Positions 39,601-54,123 of a stretch of DNA of 64,000 nucleotides are shown piece after piece. Made by a program: the position numbers and the translations under genes. Origin of the DNA: Hypanus sabinus (taxonomy: Eukaryota); contig NC_082721.1 in NCBI RefSeq assembly GCF_030144855.1, positions 26,722,001 through 26,786,000 of the forward strand, given 5' to 3'. Position 1 is the first letter of the stretch; each line of letters begins with the position of its first letter. Under the pieces are notes generated by a model. The model did not search any database. It saw only the letters and a program-made list of their open reading frames with translations, and was not told where the DNA came from.

Positions 39601-40249
39601 CACAGAGTCCTATGTCATGGAGCAATGATGGATTTGAAAGCAAGGGTGAGAATTAGAAGCAGAACCAGGAGCCAGCGCTATTCAGTGAGCACAAGGGATG
39701 TCTTAATCCTCCGCTGGCTGCATATACTGTCTGTATGCATGCACTCCAGCACACTGCCGAGACCTGCAAAGGGAATGTGAGCAAGCTGCACTAATGTCAG
39801 GTATGGCTCAGATTGTAGATCTGTGTCATAACATTACGGTTTGATCCTCAGCAGAGCTGAGTGCAAAGTTCCAGGCCAATATTTCTACTGTAGTATTTTA
39901 CAAGTGCCTGTACTGTCTCTGTCTTCCTTTCAGAAGTTTTAAAATACTACAATCATCATTTGAAGAGAGGGAACAGAAGCCAATATTTATCCCTCAACCC
40001 GCACCTGATCACTAGGAACCCACCACTGGCTCTGTGTAAATGGATGCCTACAATTCTTTGACAGAACTTGATCAGCTGTAAAGCACCTTGAGGTTGTGAA
40101 AAGCACACTGGAAATACATGGATTGGTGAACAGTAAAATACATTTGTACTTTAAATAAAGGAAGGAGAGTTAGGATGAAAAAGTTGGGGTTCAGGTTTCT
40201 GCCTGCTGAAGAGGCTTTAAGGCACTGTTTCTGCTCCATTCCCTTTTAG

Positions 40250-40528
40250 CACTTGGGGAAGTTTTCCCCCAGGATCCGATCCTGACCATTGGCTCTTCGC
40301 TGACTGCCACTTGCACTGTAAGCCCAGAGGCAAAAGTGGACTCATGGGATCTCTACTGGACACTGAATGGCCAGAAGCTTAGCTCTGAACTCTACACTGT
40401 GGTGAACAACACTACGCTGATGGTGACCATGAAGGGACTGAACGGTTCACAACAACAGTCTGGTGACAATCTGGTGTGTCACCGAGCAGACGGGAGGATT
40501 CTGGCTGGGTCCTGCCTCTATGTTGGTC
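40250..40528 (+). CDS. CRLF1: CRLF1 exon 2 (Ig-like domain)
   Basis: (P)[21 protein letters not shown]...LYWTLNG...[29 protein letters not shown] acceptor, GTAAGT donor. Confidence 0.95.
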
Positions 40529-41438
40529 GTAAGTTTCTCTCAGTGGCACTTGCATAAAGGAGATCTTAAGAATATGGTTAGTAAAGCATGTGGGGTCCTG
40601 GGATTCATCAACAGAGGCTTACAGTACAAAAACAGAGAAGGGCTGTGTATTGTTATGAATTCTTGTTCCACATCTAATGCAATATGTGATAGTCCTGGAA
40701 AGAATGTGGATTTGAAGGCCAGAAGTTTCACTTATAAGATTAGATCAGAGAGTCAGGGGTGTTCTCCTTGGAGAAAAGAAAGCTGATGGGACACTTGACT
40801 GAAATGGACAAGATTGTGACTGGTTTAGATGAAATAACTATTGGGAAGTTGTTACGGTAAGTGATGGCCAGTGACCGAGAATGAGAATTCAAAATTTTGG
40901 ATAAATGATACAAGAGAAATTAGCATAGTTAGAGTATGGAACTCATACTCTGTAAGTCTCATGCAAATAGAATCAACTCATAAAGGAACTGTAGTGGACC
41001 ATGTGAGAGAATAAAGTGTGCGGCTATGTAGAATGATATGGGGGATAGAGCTGATGGGATTGATTTGCTGTGGGCTAAGAAAGACGATGAGCCTCTTTTG
41101 TGCCTATCAACAGTATGATTTAATGACTTTCTGAGATGTGCAGAGAACAAATGTAAGTGCTTTCACACCTAGCTGTGAGAGTGTGCAACTGTGCTTTCTT
41201 ATATATCAGTGGTGACACATGAAGAGTTTTTTGCCTTCCTCTTGGCTGTTTCTTATATCCTGAAATGAATTGAGTCAAACCCTCCAAGTCGCTCGTCCTG
41301 CTTCATGATGGACAGTGCCAGTCTGGCAACTTCAGGAATTGTAGGGCTGCTGTCAGAAACAAGAAACTAGTGAAGATGCAGCAGGTTAACAACTTTATGT
41401 AGTGCTCAGTGTCTGGTTGGTTTCTCTTCCTTGTACAG

Positions 41439-41568
41439 TTCCCCCCGAGAAACCCACCAACATCACCTGCTGGTCCAAGAACACCAAGGATCTCACCTGT
41501 AAATGGAGCCCAGGGAGTCGGGGAGAAACCTTCCTTCGTACAAAGTACACACTGAAATACAAGTTACG
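41439..41568 (+). CDS. CRLF1: CRLF1 exon 3 (FnIII-1, N-terminal half)
   Basis: (L)[43 protein letters not shown]; 130 nt, canonical splice sites. Confidence 0.95.
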
Positions 41569-43173
41569 GTAAGTCAATATATTGCTGCCCAGAATTAGGA
41601 TGTTTGATTTTTGTGTATTTTTCATATTCATTTATCAGACGTGTGTGTCTTTGGCAAGGCTGTCACCTATTGTACATCCATAATTGTCCTTGAACCAGAT
41701 GGCTTGCAGTTAAGGGGTATTTCAGAGGCAGTTAAGCTTCATCACATTACTGTGAGTATGATATTATGTTCAGGCCAAACTGGTACAAAAGGCAGATTTC
41801 TTTCCTTCAGGGATATTAATGAACCAAGGGGATTTTTATAGCAATCTGGCAATTTCACAGTCACTATTACTGACATTAGCTTTATATTTAAGATTACTTG
41901 AACTAAATCAATTTATATTCCCAGTTGCTGTGAAGGAATTACTAGATAAGCAACTTAACTATGGTGCTGCTGCATCTTTAGAGATCTCAAGATGCAGCTG
42001 TAGCTGTACTCTCAGCACTAAGTCAGACGCTCGAGAGTTTAAGTAGCTCTCTAGAGATGTGGAAACAGCGCAATACAGAGCTGACAGAGAGAAAACAGCA
42101 ATCCAAGCACTAAAGTCTGCTGATATATTAAATAAACTGAGCTACACTCTATGGATATATCTGTTTACTTTTACTTTTAGAAGTATTTGGTACGATAGAT
42201 AGATGGAAACTAGCTGGAAACATTTTCCAGCTAGTTGAAAATCAGGACAAGAAGGGAGGAGCAGCGAAGTGGAATAACCCAGACACTTCGAATAGGACAA
42301 TTCTATAGGATAGGACTTATTGGATTTGGGCAAAGAATTGTTATTTCAAAGTTCAATGTTCAAAGAAAATTTATTATCAAAGTACATATATGTCGCCATA
42401 TACAGCCATTTTCTTGTGGGCATTCACAGTAAATACAAGAAACTCAATAGAATCAATGAAAGATCACAACCAACAGGATGGACAACCAGTATACAAAAGA
42501 CAACAAACTGTGCAAATACAAAAAGAGAAAATAAATAGATAAATAGCTAGATACTGTAGATATATATGAGAATTTGAGGTGAAGAGTCCTTGAAAGTGAC
42601 CTCCATAGATTCTGATAACAGTTCAGTGATTGGACAAGTGAAGTAGTTGTTTTCTTGTTTACCGTTCCAATGCTTGCTTGCATTTTTATATAATCACCTA
42701 CATACTGTACATGTAATTGTTTAGTGAATTTTCCAGTAATTACAGAATGGATGCTTCTTTATTTTCTGAGAAACTTTAGTTTTCAGGAGAAGGTGTCTCG
42801 CTACTTGAATCTGGCTTTATGATAGGTTAATTCATTATCACTATAATTTTTGTTATCTCTAGCCTGAGTATGAGACAACTATGACTGCTTTTTCCTTTGT
42901 CTTTTCTTTGTTCTCTCAATCCCCTCTTGTTGATTTTTCAACATTTAATACAATGGCTGTAAGCAACAAGTTTTATGCCTCATTCTTAAATTCCAAAGAG
43001 CCTTTGGATCATAAAAGTATCAGGATCCAACAGCCTCAAGAAAGAGGTCAAGGCAGAGATGTAGCATAACCGCAGACTCGATTCCATTTGCTTAAGACTC
43101 TCACAGACTTAAAAGATAATGTTCTACAATGCAGACAATAAAGATGCCAGCAATTCACCATTGCTTTGCTCAG

Positions 43174-43343
43174 GTGGTATGGCAAAGAGAACCAGTGCCA
43201 GGAAATGGGCACAGACGGACCAAACTCTTGCTACATCCCCAAGGATCTGGCTCTCTTCACCCCATATGAAATCTGGGTCGAGGCTTCAAACAAATTGGGC
43301 TCAGCAGCTTCAGACATCATCTCTCTGGACATTCTGGATGTGG
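43174..43343 (+). CDS. CRLF1: CRLF1 exon 4
   Basis: [56 protein letters not shown]; 170 nt. Confidence 0.95.
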
Positions 43344-44285
43344 GTGAGTGTTTTTTTGTGGGTGTTGATGTGGTTACATTCTGTTGCCAGAAGTCCAACC
43401 TAAATGTCAAAACAAAAGTGTTTTTTTACAAGGTACAGCAAGTAGGAAGCATAGTTTAATCCTGGACTAGGGTGCCACTCATGTGGAACTTGTACATTTC
43501 CTACCATTGCATGGATTTCCCAGGAGCGTGCTTCAGTTTCCTTGAATATCCTAAATATGGCTACTTAAATTACCCCCCCATGTTTTTACGTGGCAAAGGA
43601 ATCAAGTTGATGGTCATGGGAGTGGGACTGAGTTATAGGGAAAGAAGAAGGGAACTGTGACTAAAAGTTAAGTTACTGGAAGAACTCAGTGGGTCAAACA
43701 GCATCTGCAGATGCAAAGGGATGGTTGATGTTTCAGGTCTCAGGCTGAAATGTCAAGCATTCCTTTGTCTCTACAACTCCTCCCTCGGAGTGTCAGACCC
43801 CCTGAGCCAATAGGCTGGTCCTGGACTTATTTCCGCTTGGCATGATTAACTTACCATTATTTAATTATTTATGGTTTTATATTGCTGTATTTCTACACTA
43901 TTCTTGGTTGGTGCGACTGAAACAAAACTCAATTTCCCTTGGGATCAGTAAAGTCTGTCTGTTTGTTTTGAGCTCTTTCAACAGTTGATCTTTTGCTCCA
44001 GATTCCAGCAACTGTAACTTCTCAAGGGAATGGGACTGATAATTCTGCTCCGTTAGGAGCTGGTCATGCTTCATAGAGCCTCCTTCTGTGTAAGATGTAA
44101 TATAAATCAGGCCTGGCTTTAACACAAAATTACAAAACTACAGCCAAATTAGGGCTGTTTCACCTTCAGGCAGTGTTGTTTCACATGTTGTCAATGTTAG
44201 GATGCTGTCCTGTCACCCATACACATTCACAGTGAAGATGTATACAATGCTAACATTTCCACTTGACCCTTTACGTTTTCATTAG

Positions 44286-44443
44286 TCACCACTGATGCCC
44301 CGTCCGACGTTCAGGTGAATCGTGTTGGTGATCTTGAGGATCAGCTCAGTGTCTGTTGGAGCTCCCCGCCGGCTCTGAAGGACTTCTTCTTTCAAGCCAA
44401 ATACCAGATCCGCTATCGTGTGGAGGACAGCACTGACTGGAAG
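44286..44443 (+). CDS. CRLF1: CRLF1 exon 5
   Basis: (V)[52 protein letters not shown]; 158 nt. Confidence 0.95.
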
Positions 44444-46790
44444 GTAATTGCCACATTTCAGACCTTATTTTGCTCATTTACATTCTCAGCCACAGAGATG
44501 ATTTGGACTATCTGAACTGTGGATGAGATGCTAATCTTATCTTCAATGTGCTTTCCACCTGTAAATATCCTTCACCTACTCTAGCCACATGTAACAGCTC
44601 ACAGGAGGATCTGGGTGTGTACTCATCAAGTCCTGGTATTAATAACGACTGGTTAACTGCCCTCCCTTGATTAGAAACTCTTATCCCTCTGCTTATTTTA
44701 AGTTCATTATTATTTATTAATAATAATTATTACTCTTGAGCAAAAGTTTCTCAAGGGCAGAGAAGCTAAAACCAGGGGACAGATTTCCAGACAGGCAAAG
44801 TTTTAAATATATATTTATTTAGCAATACAGCATGGCGTAGACCCCTCCACCCTTTGAGCCCCACTGCCCCAGCAACCCCTGACAAAACTGATTAACCCTA
44901 AGCTAATCATGGGACAATTTACAATGACCAGTTAACCTACCCACTGTCTTTGGACTGTGGGAGGAAACCGGAGAAACCCTACACATTCCATGGGAGGACA
45001 TACAGAGTCTCCTTACAAAATGGCACCGGAATTGCACTCCAAACTGTGGAGCCCAGGCTGTAATAGTGGGAATGAGGTAGAGAATCAACCATGATATTAT
45101 TGAATGGTGGATCAGATATGAATGGTTTTCTGTCTGGCCCCTACTCTTTCTTCTTACATTCTTCACCCAAGTAAGTCTTTCGAATAAATGTGAGAGATTC
45201 TTCATCCCATCTCCCCCACCTATCTGCATCTCAACAAGCCCCTATTCCCATTTGCTTTGTTGTTCTTTCTGGAAATCCCCGAAGGTTTCAGCTTCCTGTT
45301 AGTCTTTTTGCTCATTAACAGTATATCAACCCAGCACCCCTTCATATCTTGTTACATTTCCTAATTTTGGTGTTTTAAAACTCATTTCCTGTGCTGTGCA
45401 CACCAGAAAATATTTACTCGCACACCTTCATTATTTTCATCATGTTTCATGATTTTAGTTACTTGTACTACATGCCCTCCTGTTTTCCAGTTCTGTTAGT
45501 GAGTTACTGAATCAGTGGGAGATAGTGGCCAAATAGACAGACTTCAAAATCTGCATTGTTATGATTCGTCTTCTACTGGTTCAGGATATTTATATGTAAT
45601 CTCGGTAAATCTTTCTGTATTTATGTTCCTTTTTACATTTGTATGTGTGTATGCATGTGTACTTGTGCAGGTAAATAGATGAAGTCAAAATGGAACAGTG
45701 ATGCCTGCTGTGATCCAATATCCTTTCACAACTCATGCTTACATTAAGAATAGACACCTTTTAAGTATCTGTATTGAGTAGGGTTAACTTTGAGCATTTA
45801 GGGAGAGGTATTGATGTGAACGATGATGGAAATCCTGCACCATTAGAAGAATCATTAGATTGCACTGGACTATATAAGAATTATGACAAGCTAACAGGCC
45901 AATTGCCATTTATGCTCCATCTCTTATCTAAATCCTTCAGCTGTACCTGATCTCTGTTCCCTCCTCCCTCAGATGCTTCATCAATCTCTCCTTAAGTGAA
46001 CTTACACTATACAGATTTCTGCATTCTTATCAAGCTATAGATAAACAGGGTTCTTTTGAATTTTGGTGATTCTCGTATATTAAAGGAATTGTTTTCTCTA
46101 CACCCGCTCTGTCGACAGCTTTCATAGTGTTAAGATCTATTACGTCACACCATGCTTTCTTTACTCAACAGAAAACAGACTGGCATTTATTAGGGCGACA
46201 CCATAGCAGTTAGTGTAACACTATTACAGTGTCAGTGACCGGGGTCCAATTTTGACCACTGTCTGTAAGGAGATTGTACGTTCTCCCCATAACAGTGTTG
46301 GTTTCCTCCTGGTGCTCCAGTTTCTTTCTATTTCTAAATAAATAAATCTATTTGTGCATTTCGTCATGTCAATCTCTATTTGATGCATGTATTAACAGGA
46401 AGATGCCATTCAGATGTTTTAACAATTAATTAGGTACTGACTGATATGCACCTTAACACAAACGACTCTTTTAGGTTCCTCTGATCTTAATACCGTATCC
46501 TTTAAATAATGATCACAGATTTTAACTTTTCCATTATACTCAACATTTTGTGTAGAGTTCAAACTTTTCACTGCCCTAAGGCACACTTCCTGACATTATC
46601 CCTGAATGGCTTGGCTCTCATTTTATATCACCTTGTTCTAAACTCCTACAGAACACCAGAGAAAATAGATTCTCTCTCTAGCCTACAAACTGCTTTGATC
46701 ATATCAAGTGCCACAAATAGCTGTTGTAGGCTTAGATTGCGTAATTCAGCTTTGTAATTTAACACTCTCTTCCCCGATTTCTCATGGAAG

Positions 46791-46959
46791 GTTGTGGACG
46801 ACATTGGAAATCAAACCTTGTGCCGTCTGGCAGGGCTGAGGCCAGGAACTGTGTACTTTGTGCAGGTGCGATGTAACCCAGTTGGTATTTATGGGTCCAG
46901 GAAGGCAGGAATTTGGAGTGAATGGAGTATCCCTACAGCTGCCTCTACTCCCCGGAATG
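46791..46959 (+). CDS. CRLF1: CRLF1 exon 6 (WSXWS motif)
   Basis: [56 protein letters not shown]; type I cytokine receptor WSEWS; 169 nt. Confidence 0.96.
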
Positions 46960-47365
46960 GTGAGTGTCGCCACATCTATTGAGATCAACCCTCAGACATG
47001 CCTCGTCCAATTCTCTACATAAAACCCACCACACAGGATCCCAAGTTCGACAGATAAATAACCAGCAAACATATCACAACTTTACTTTTGAGAGTGGCCT
47101 ACTTAAGACAGGGAGTGATGAGGGCGAAATACTTTTATCTACTGCACAAGGTCCCATCCTGGAACTATTTGTACAGTACTCCGATTTGTGATACCCTGCC
47201 CTGAGAATGTGGAACTGAATAATGCAGAGGGAATTTCACTCTATAATGAACAGGACTAAGAACTGTATAAAGAGGTATTGATATGTCAGAGCTTATGGTG
47301 ATGAAGAAATACACTGATTTTTTAATGCTGGAGGTAAATAATACAGTCCCTCTGTGTGTTAACAG

Positions 47366-47544
47366 AGCGCTCCAGCAATACTTGTTACCAGAAAAGTGGA
47401 GAGAGTGGCTCAAACCTGAGACGGGAGTTGAAGCAATTCTTTGGCTGGGTGAAGAAGCATGCCTACGGATGTACAGCCCTCAACATCAAACTGTATGACC
47501 AATGGCGTGTGTGGCTGCAGAAGTCCCACAAGACACGCAACCAG
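47366..47544 (+). CDS. CRLF1: CRLF1 exon 7
   Basis: (E)[59 protein letters not shown], the CRLF1-specific C-terminal block. Confidence 0.95.
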
Positions 47545-48450
47545 GTAAATATTCCACTCGCTGAGTCTTGCGCTCAACTTCAACGCACAACCGCAGGCTG
47601 AACGTGAAAACAGAAGCTGCTGGAAACACTCGGCAGGTCAGGCAGCAGCAACAGACAGAGGATAACATTACAGGTTGATGGCTTTTCATCAGAACTATTC
47701 CCAGCATTATCTGTTTTCATTTTGGATTTCCAGCATCTGCTGTTCTTTTTTTTATTTTTGACACTGAGCAAAGGAGACTTGCATTTCTGGAGGGATTTTA
47801 CTAACTTAGGATGCCCATAGTGGTTTACAGCCATTTTTGAAGTGCAATAACTGTTGTATTATCAGAAACAGGGCTGGAAGTCTCCCCAATGTGATGGTGA
47901 CCAGGTTACCTCTTGAGGGATGCAATTGAATTTAGGATAGTAGGGAAAACTCTCCTCTTCTGTAAGGTAGTTTACTGGGATAATTTACACTCATAAATTA
48001 CTCCCGAAGGGAGGCCTCAGATTATCGGTTCATCAGAAACATGGCACCATCCAAATCTATGGTGCTGACTTCATACTGACACCAAGGATTTCACTCTGCA
48101 TTCTGGACCTCGAGATTCCGTTTTAGAGCTTGAATCCATAAGCCCATGGACCAGGGCAAGGCAGTGACCCTCTTGGGTGCACTTCAGATGGGTACTGAGG
48201 ATGGTGAAAGGGGAGAAGGGCAGGCATGCCATTCAGTGGGAGATGGGATTTGTCTCACTTTGAACAATGGACTGCAGCAAAGGAAGTAGGTAATTATAAA
48301 GTCTCTTTTTTCCCATTTCTTTACTGTACATTCCTCCCTAAATCATCCCTCAGCTACTCCTGTCCCACCACCACCACCTTATACTCCACAATCCCAAACC
48401 CTCTTAATTTCTGGTCTCAGTATTTTAACTCTTCCGTTGTTTCCCCACAG

Positions 48451-48487
48451 AATCAAGAAGTCTCTGTTTTCATTGGATCGCAGGAGG
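48451..48487 (+). CDS. CRLF1: CRLF1 exon 8 (37 nt, candidate cassette exon)
   Basis: Polypyrimidine acceptor ttgtttccccacAG and donor G|GTGAGT; encodes NQEVSVFIGSQE. Phase 0 to 1 puts the last exon in a frame ending DTPAR*. Confidence 0.7.
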
Positions 48488-50066
48488 GTGAGTGAAACAG
48501 CAATGAAAATGTCAGTGATCATTTTGAATAATCAGATAGCAAGAGTACAGACCTCTTCAGCGAAATGTACTTTGTGAACCTGATACAGTCTGATTACCCT
48601 GAGTGTTAATGCCCTACACAGTTGAATCAAAACTAATCTTTGGATATATTGAGCAATCCCTGAAGTGTTCGTTATTACTTGTGAGAAAATCTCTGCTTTG
48701 AGCCAGCTTCTCTTAGCTGAGCTTCCATCTTTAGCTTTCTTCATTCTCCACTGCTGTTGCCAGTATCATACGTGCCTCCTGGCACCTTTGCTTCGACTTA
48801 TCTCTGGAGGTTTCATCATATGATCTCCTGCCTCTAGCAGTCTCCTTCCCACTTTTCCACCCAATGTGTCTGTGCCTGTGACATCTACATCTGCAAAGCC
48901 AATTAAAAAACATTCATTCTTACCCACTGGATTAATCTTGACCAGCAGTCACAGAATACAAATAAACTTTTAGCCCAGTTCTTCAAAAGAACTCCCCAGT
49001 TAGTTCAACTACTTTTTACCCAGAGCCTTAGACAATTCATCCCTCATAACATTTTTGAATTTGCTTTGTCATCATTACAAGAGCACATTCCAGCTCACGA
49101 CACATTCTTCTTCTCTGGGTCTTTCTCTTGATAATCTGTATCTATGGGTTACCAACACTTTTGCCACTAGTAAATGTGTATAGAAGTTCTTCAGTGTTTG
49201 CAAAATCAGCAGTCTACAGCAGCCAACAGAATTTTTCATTTGTCTATAACAGCCAGACAGGCGGATGGGCATTATATGCTTACTGTAGCTGAGAAATCTT
49301 TCCTCTGCACCACTGTCAATGCCGAAGAGAGAACTCAAAAGTGGGTTGGGAGGGTTGTGGCTTCAGCAAAGGGCAAAGGTAAACTTCTGATATGGACATC
49401 AGGCCGGAGCAGGATTGGCATAGTGGCTGAGGGGATGGAGGTTCACCTGAGGATGCGCCTGGGACAGCTAATGGATTTAGAAGATTATGAGAAGTTGACT
49501 AGTACTGCTGACTCAAGGAATCAATCTTAAAGTTAAGCGGATGGATCTGCAGTGCTGAAATCCACATACCAGATGCCTTTCACCTGACAATAAATCAATC
49601 GTCTCATGAGGGACCTGCACTGCATAAATTTAAAAAATCATAGGCAAGTGCAGCAAATCTCTATGTACTGTTACGTCAAATATGGAGAGGGCCAAGGGTA
49701 AAAATTGCAGACATTAATTATCTACATATTAAATCTCAGGTTTTCTTTCATGAAAAATAAGAATAGAAATTTAATCTTGTAGCAAACAATTACGCCAGCT
49801 AATGGAATTTCTCTCAAGCTTTGACACAGCTACAAACACTTCCAATCTCTAATATTATAACAAACATCAGTATTTGTAAAAAGATTCTTCTCCCAGAGAA
49901 TCTGGAACAGCATCTCGGAGAATAATCTGTCTTGGATGCCAGTGAAAGATGCTCTTTCTCTGTCTCTCATTCTTTTTCTTTATTTTCCCTTATTTTTCTG
50001 TTTAACTCACTCAGTCCTTGCCCAGCTACCTCATTCTGAATTTTATACCTTTGCATTTTTTTTCAG

Positions 50067-50083
50067 ATACTCCCGCTCGGTAA
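50067..50083 (+). CDS. CRLF1: CRLF1 terminal coding exon (DTPAR*; alternative frame runs to TGA at 50148-50150)
   Basis: tttttttcAG acceptor; (G)AT ACT CCC GCT CGG TAA resembles the human C-terminus GPAR*. AATAAA at 50232-50237. Confidence 0.75.
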
Positions 50084-53000
50084 CTCCAGAGATGACGTCA
50101 TCCAAAAGAAAATGCTCCTGTGCACATGGAAGATTGCCACAGCATCATGATCATTAATCTAGAAATATGGGAAACAGCAGTTTCTTGGTTCACACTGTTA
50201 CTGACAAAATATATTTAGATCCTGGTTCATGAATAAAATTAAAGGAGATGAAAGGGTAGCAGGTGTTAAAGTCACAAACATTTCACTTTTGGAGTCTCAG
50301 GACAAATTTATTCTTCAATTGGTCTGTGTTCTGTTTTCAATTTTAATTAGCTTCTTATTTCAGTGTCAAGAGGTTTGAGGCTCTTAGTTTCACTACTGAT
50401 TGATACGACTATTTGACACTTCTTGAAATGCCTGAATTTGTAACTTGATGCTTCTATTAATCCATGTTTTCTCAATCATTCTCACCATGCCTTATTGCTG
50501 TAATCTCTTTCAGCTAACCAAGACCTCTACAGTTCTGGCCTCTCATTTATTCCACCAGTGATGATTGTGGCTTCAGCTACCCCAAACCTCTGCCGTCTCC
50601 TTAAAATGTTCCTTAAAATCTCTCTCCTTAGCTAAGCTTTATAACATCTGTCCTAGTATTCATACTTATCATTATTTTTGACTGCTAATGCTCTGTCAAT
50701 GACCATAGGTGCATTTACTTCGTTAAAGGTGCTACATAATTCAAGTAGTTGCTTTTACTGAACGGCTCAACGTTCAGAGGACAATGCACCCAAAGCTCTC
50801 AAGTAAATTTGAGACAGATGGATCATTGAAAAATTCAGTACAGGTAACGTTATCTCCTACAGCACAACAAACTGACTGAACTGAGTACTTCAAATCATGT
50901 TACTTTTGAATAAATCAAAAATAGCATTTAAAGCAATCAAGTTTCACATTATTTGTTTGGAGAAGTTTCTCTGTGATGTAACAGAAGAACTGATGTCACA
51001 CATCATTTGTAGTGGCTGCAATATACTGTAAAAGCTGTAAGGAAGAAATGATCCTGGCTTCTTATCAACCAGTTTAATCTAATCCCCATAATGGAAAAGA
51101 TTGCTGAGGAACAGCAGGATGGGTTTAACAGCACATATCTATACAAACAGCTTTACCCAAGCTCAGAGGGTGGTGCTATTTTGGACCTTCTCCCCAAAAA
51201 GCTATGGCTGCCAAGGCTCAAGAGGGCTTTCAAGACGGTTTTGTGGAGTAGAGGTATTGAGGAATGTGAAGCAAAGGCTGGTGAATGGAGTGGAGATAAA
51301 AATCAGCTGTGGAGAGAAAATATTAGTCCAGGTCACATGGACCCAGTGTTGTTTATAAAGAAATCGACTTTCTACAATGTGCCATCTCTCTTTCAGTTAC
51401 TTCTAGGATCTATCAACCCCCTTTATTATCTACAATTCTTCCACACCCCCCCCCCCCCAGTTCAATTTCATTCTCCTACAAACCATCAGCTTCTGATCTG
51501 CATGGGAATAGAGGCAATGACTCAGAGGTCCAAGTACTGATTGAATTGTCCCCCATCACCCTGTTCTTAATGATTACAGATAAAGCCTCTGGTCAGGAGG
51601 TAATCAGTGAAAATGGCAAGTGCACAGAAGCGATGCGTACCTATTGAATGGGTACTCATTACCATTGTTAGTCACAATTATCTACACTTGGTAATCTGGC
51701 AGTCACATGTACACGTTTTCATGTGAACAACCACTTTTGATGACCAAGTGGACCTCCTAGAAGTTGCCGGGCTTGAGTATTGAACAGTCTAGATGGTCTC
51801 CTCAATGGAGAATCTGAGCCCAGGCAGAGCTGTCAATGGGAAAATAATGTCTCAACTGAGGACTCCACAGGTTCTGCTTGCAAAATCTGCTGATAGTGTG
51901 GTCAGACTGCATCAAGCCCAGCTAGGATGAGAGTAACTGTGGAACTGCAAATGACCAATAATGACTATCTTAACTAAAAGATTTTTAGTTCCCAGAGTTA
52001 CTCAGCAGCCTCCATTTGTGGTTACTGAGGCATTAGGAGGAAGTAAAGATATATGAAAGTGATGATCCTGCTACAGTTCTACTTGAATTGGATTTTGATG
52101 TTTTAAAGCCAGCTCCCAGAAAAATTTAATTGTAAATGAATTGTATTCAATCTTAATTGAAGATTTAAAAATGTTAAAATACTGATTTTTTTAAGATTGT
52201 AATTCAGGCATTTTAAAGTTCAAGTTATAGGTTATTATAAAAGGAGTACTTGATTAAAAGAAATGACTTGTCTTTAGTATTAATCCTTCCTACCTGTGAG
52301 GTTGTGTCAGTGTTGGTTATGCAGTCAAACATCACAAGTCAAACAATGTGCATTCTTGTAGGAGTGAAGGCATTGTTAATAGGAAAGAAGACTTCCATCC
52401 AATTTTATAGTGTAAGATGTGGAGAGGTCCCTTCAGTTAGATCTTAGATGGGATCAAAGTCAACATTCTTAACTATCTCGGGGTCAATGTTAAAAATGCC
52501 AGGATTCAAAGATATCACTGTGTGTTGCAGATTTTACATAAAAAGGCCACCCAAGCCAATTGGTCTGTCTGCAAGAAGCTGAGATTTTTAGACACTGATA
52601 GCAGGGTGTGTATTTCAGTTGCCACTTTTTTTACCAAAGGACTCTGCTGTTATCATTGATATGAGTGCAAAATTCTAGCATACTTCTTGCTCTCTTGGTA
52701 AAGTCTCTCAAGAAACTGGTCTCTACAATCACTGTGGGGGCTAGGAAACAGAACTGGAATGCCCAATGAGTTTTTACTGATGCCAGAAGGAAGTAGTTCC
52801 TGGACAATGACTCCATAATGAGAATTCTGGGGTTCAGTAAATTCCAACATTTTCCTGCTCTAGTTTCAATGACTTCTGTTGGGGATTACTGAGTTGTTTT
52901 GTGGATTATAAACTTTGGTGGTGGATTTTACTTCCTATCATTACGTTTCTCCATTTTATATCCTTGTTGTTTTAATATTTATAATAAATATCATTTCTTA

Positions 53001-53875
53001 ATACTTCACATCTTCAACACATAAAATGATGCAAATAACATTACAGCTAACAAAATGATCTTCTTAACCATGGCTTCAGACTTGGAGTTGGTGGTTTTCC
53101 TCTGTGCTGTTTTATTTTATTAAATTTTATTACTTTTAACACGAGATGATATCTCATTGGTAGTTCCAGTAAATGAAATACTTTTAAGATTTGAAAGAAG
53201 TAATTGAGTGCCTGCTATATTTCAAGAAGCAGATCCTTCATTGGTCTTGAGAAACGCAGACTTTCCAATGTAATCAGACTTCAATTGGAAAAGAGTGATA
53301 ATGTTTTTGCTAAATTGCCTGCAATGATTCCATTGACTTGGGTAGATAATTCACACCAACACTTCCAGTACAGCAGTGAGGCAGGGCCTATCACATCAAC
53401 AACAAGGAGACACATCACAGGGTGTGCCAAATGCAACCACATAGATACCTGCCTAGCATATACAAGATAGTGCAGTATCACAGATTAAGACCACTCATCA
53501 AATGGCTGGACCCCAGAAAGACAAGCCTAGTGGATGAATGTTACATACAGATCGCTAGCTCAGTGAATACAGTGAAGGTTAAGTCATTTCTTAACTCAAT
53601 TGTTGCATTCTCATCAGAAACAGTTTGTTATTTTAGACACATTTTGCTCAAAATGATCCCCTGTATATCCTGCACTTCCTCTGAGAATGCATTTGCTTGG
53701 GCCAGACTGTGGCAACACAGAGGTCTTGACAAGTACTGAAGAGATGCAAAACAACAATAGTTCCATCCTCAGGCAGAGTAGGAAGCTATCCTGGACACTG
53801 CAGGCAGGGAAAGGTGACTCCAAGGAATAACTTTATGCACTAATCCAGTGTCTCTGACAGATCTTCCTCACTGGA

Positions 53876-53957
53876 CTATCCACTGGATTCGATCTCTTCA
53901 GAATCATATTTGAAGTCCTGAAGAATCTCATTGATTGCCTCAATGGTTTTATTAATC
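53876..53957 (-). CDS. REX1BD: REX1BD terminal exon
   Basis: INKTIEAINEILQDFKYDSEEIESSG*, similar to human [20 protein letters not shown]. Minus-strand AATAAA cluster at about 53111-53131. Confidence 0.92.
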
Positions 53958-54123
53958 CTGGAGAAAGTGATAAACATTTAGAAAAATCAGAACTGGGGAG
54001 AAGGACTCATCAGTGCTGTGACCACTTTGACTGCAGGTTCTACAGGCTGCCCTCTACAGGCTTGTTAAAGCAGCAGTACATCACATGCTTAGTCAGTATG
54101 TAAAAGCAAGCTATTTGGAAGTG

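Noticed and set aside
51091-51540. 149-aa ATG ORF between CRLF1 and REX1BD
   Set aside because: EGGAILDLL resembles a decayed CR1 endonuclease remnant; the rest has no recognisable domain.
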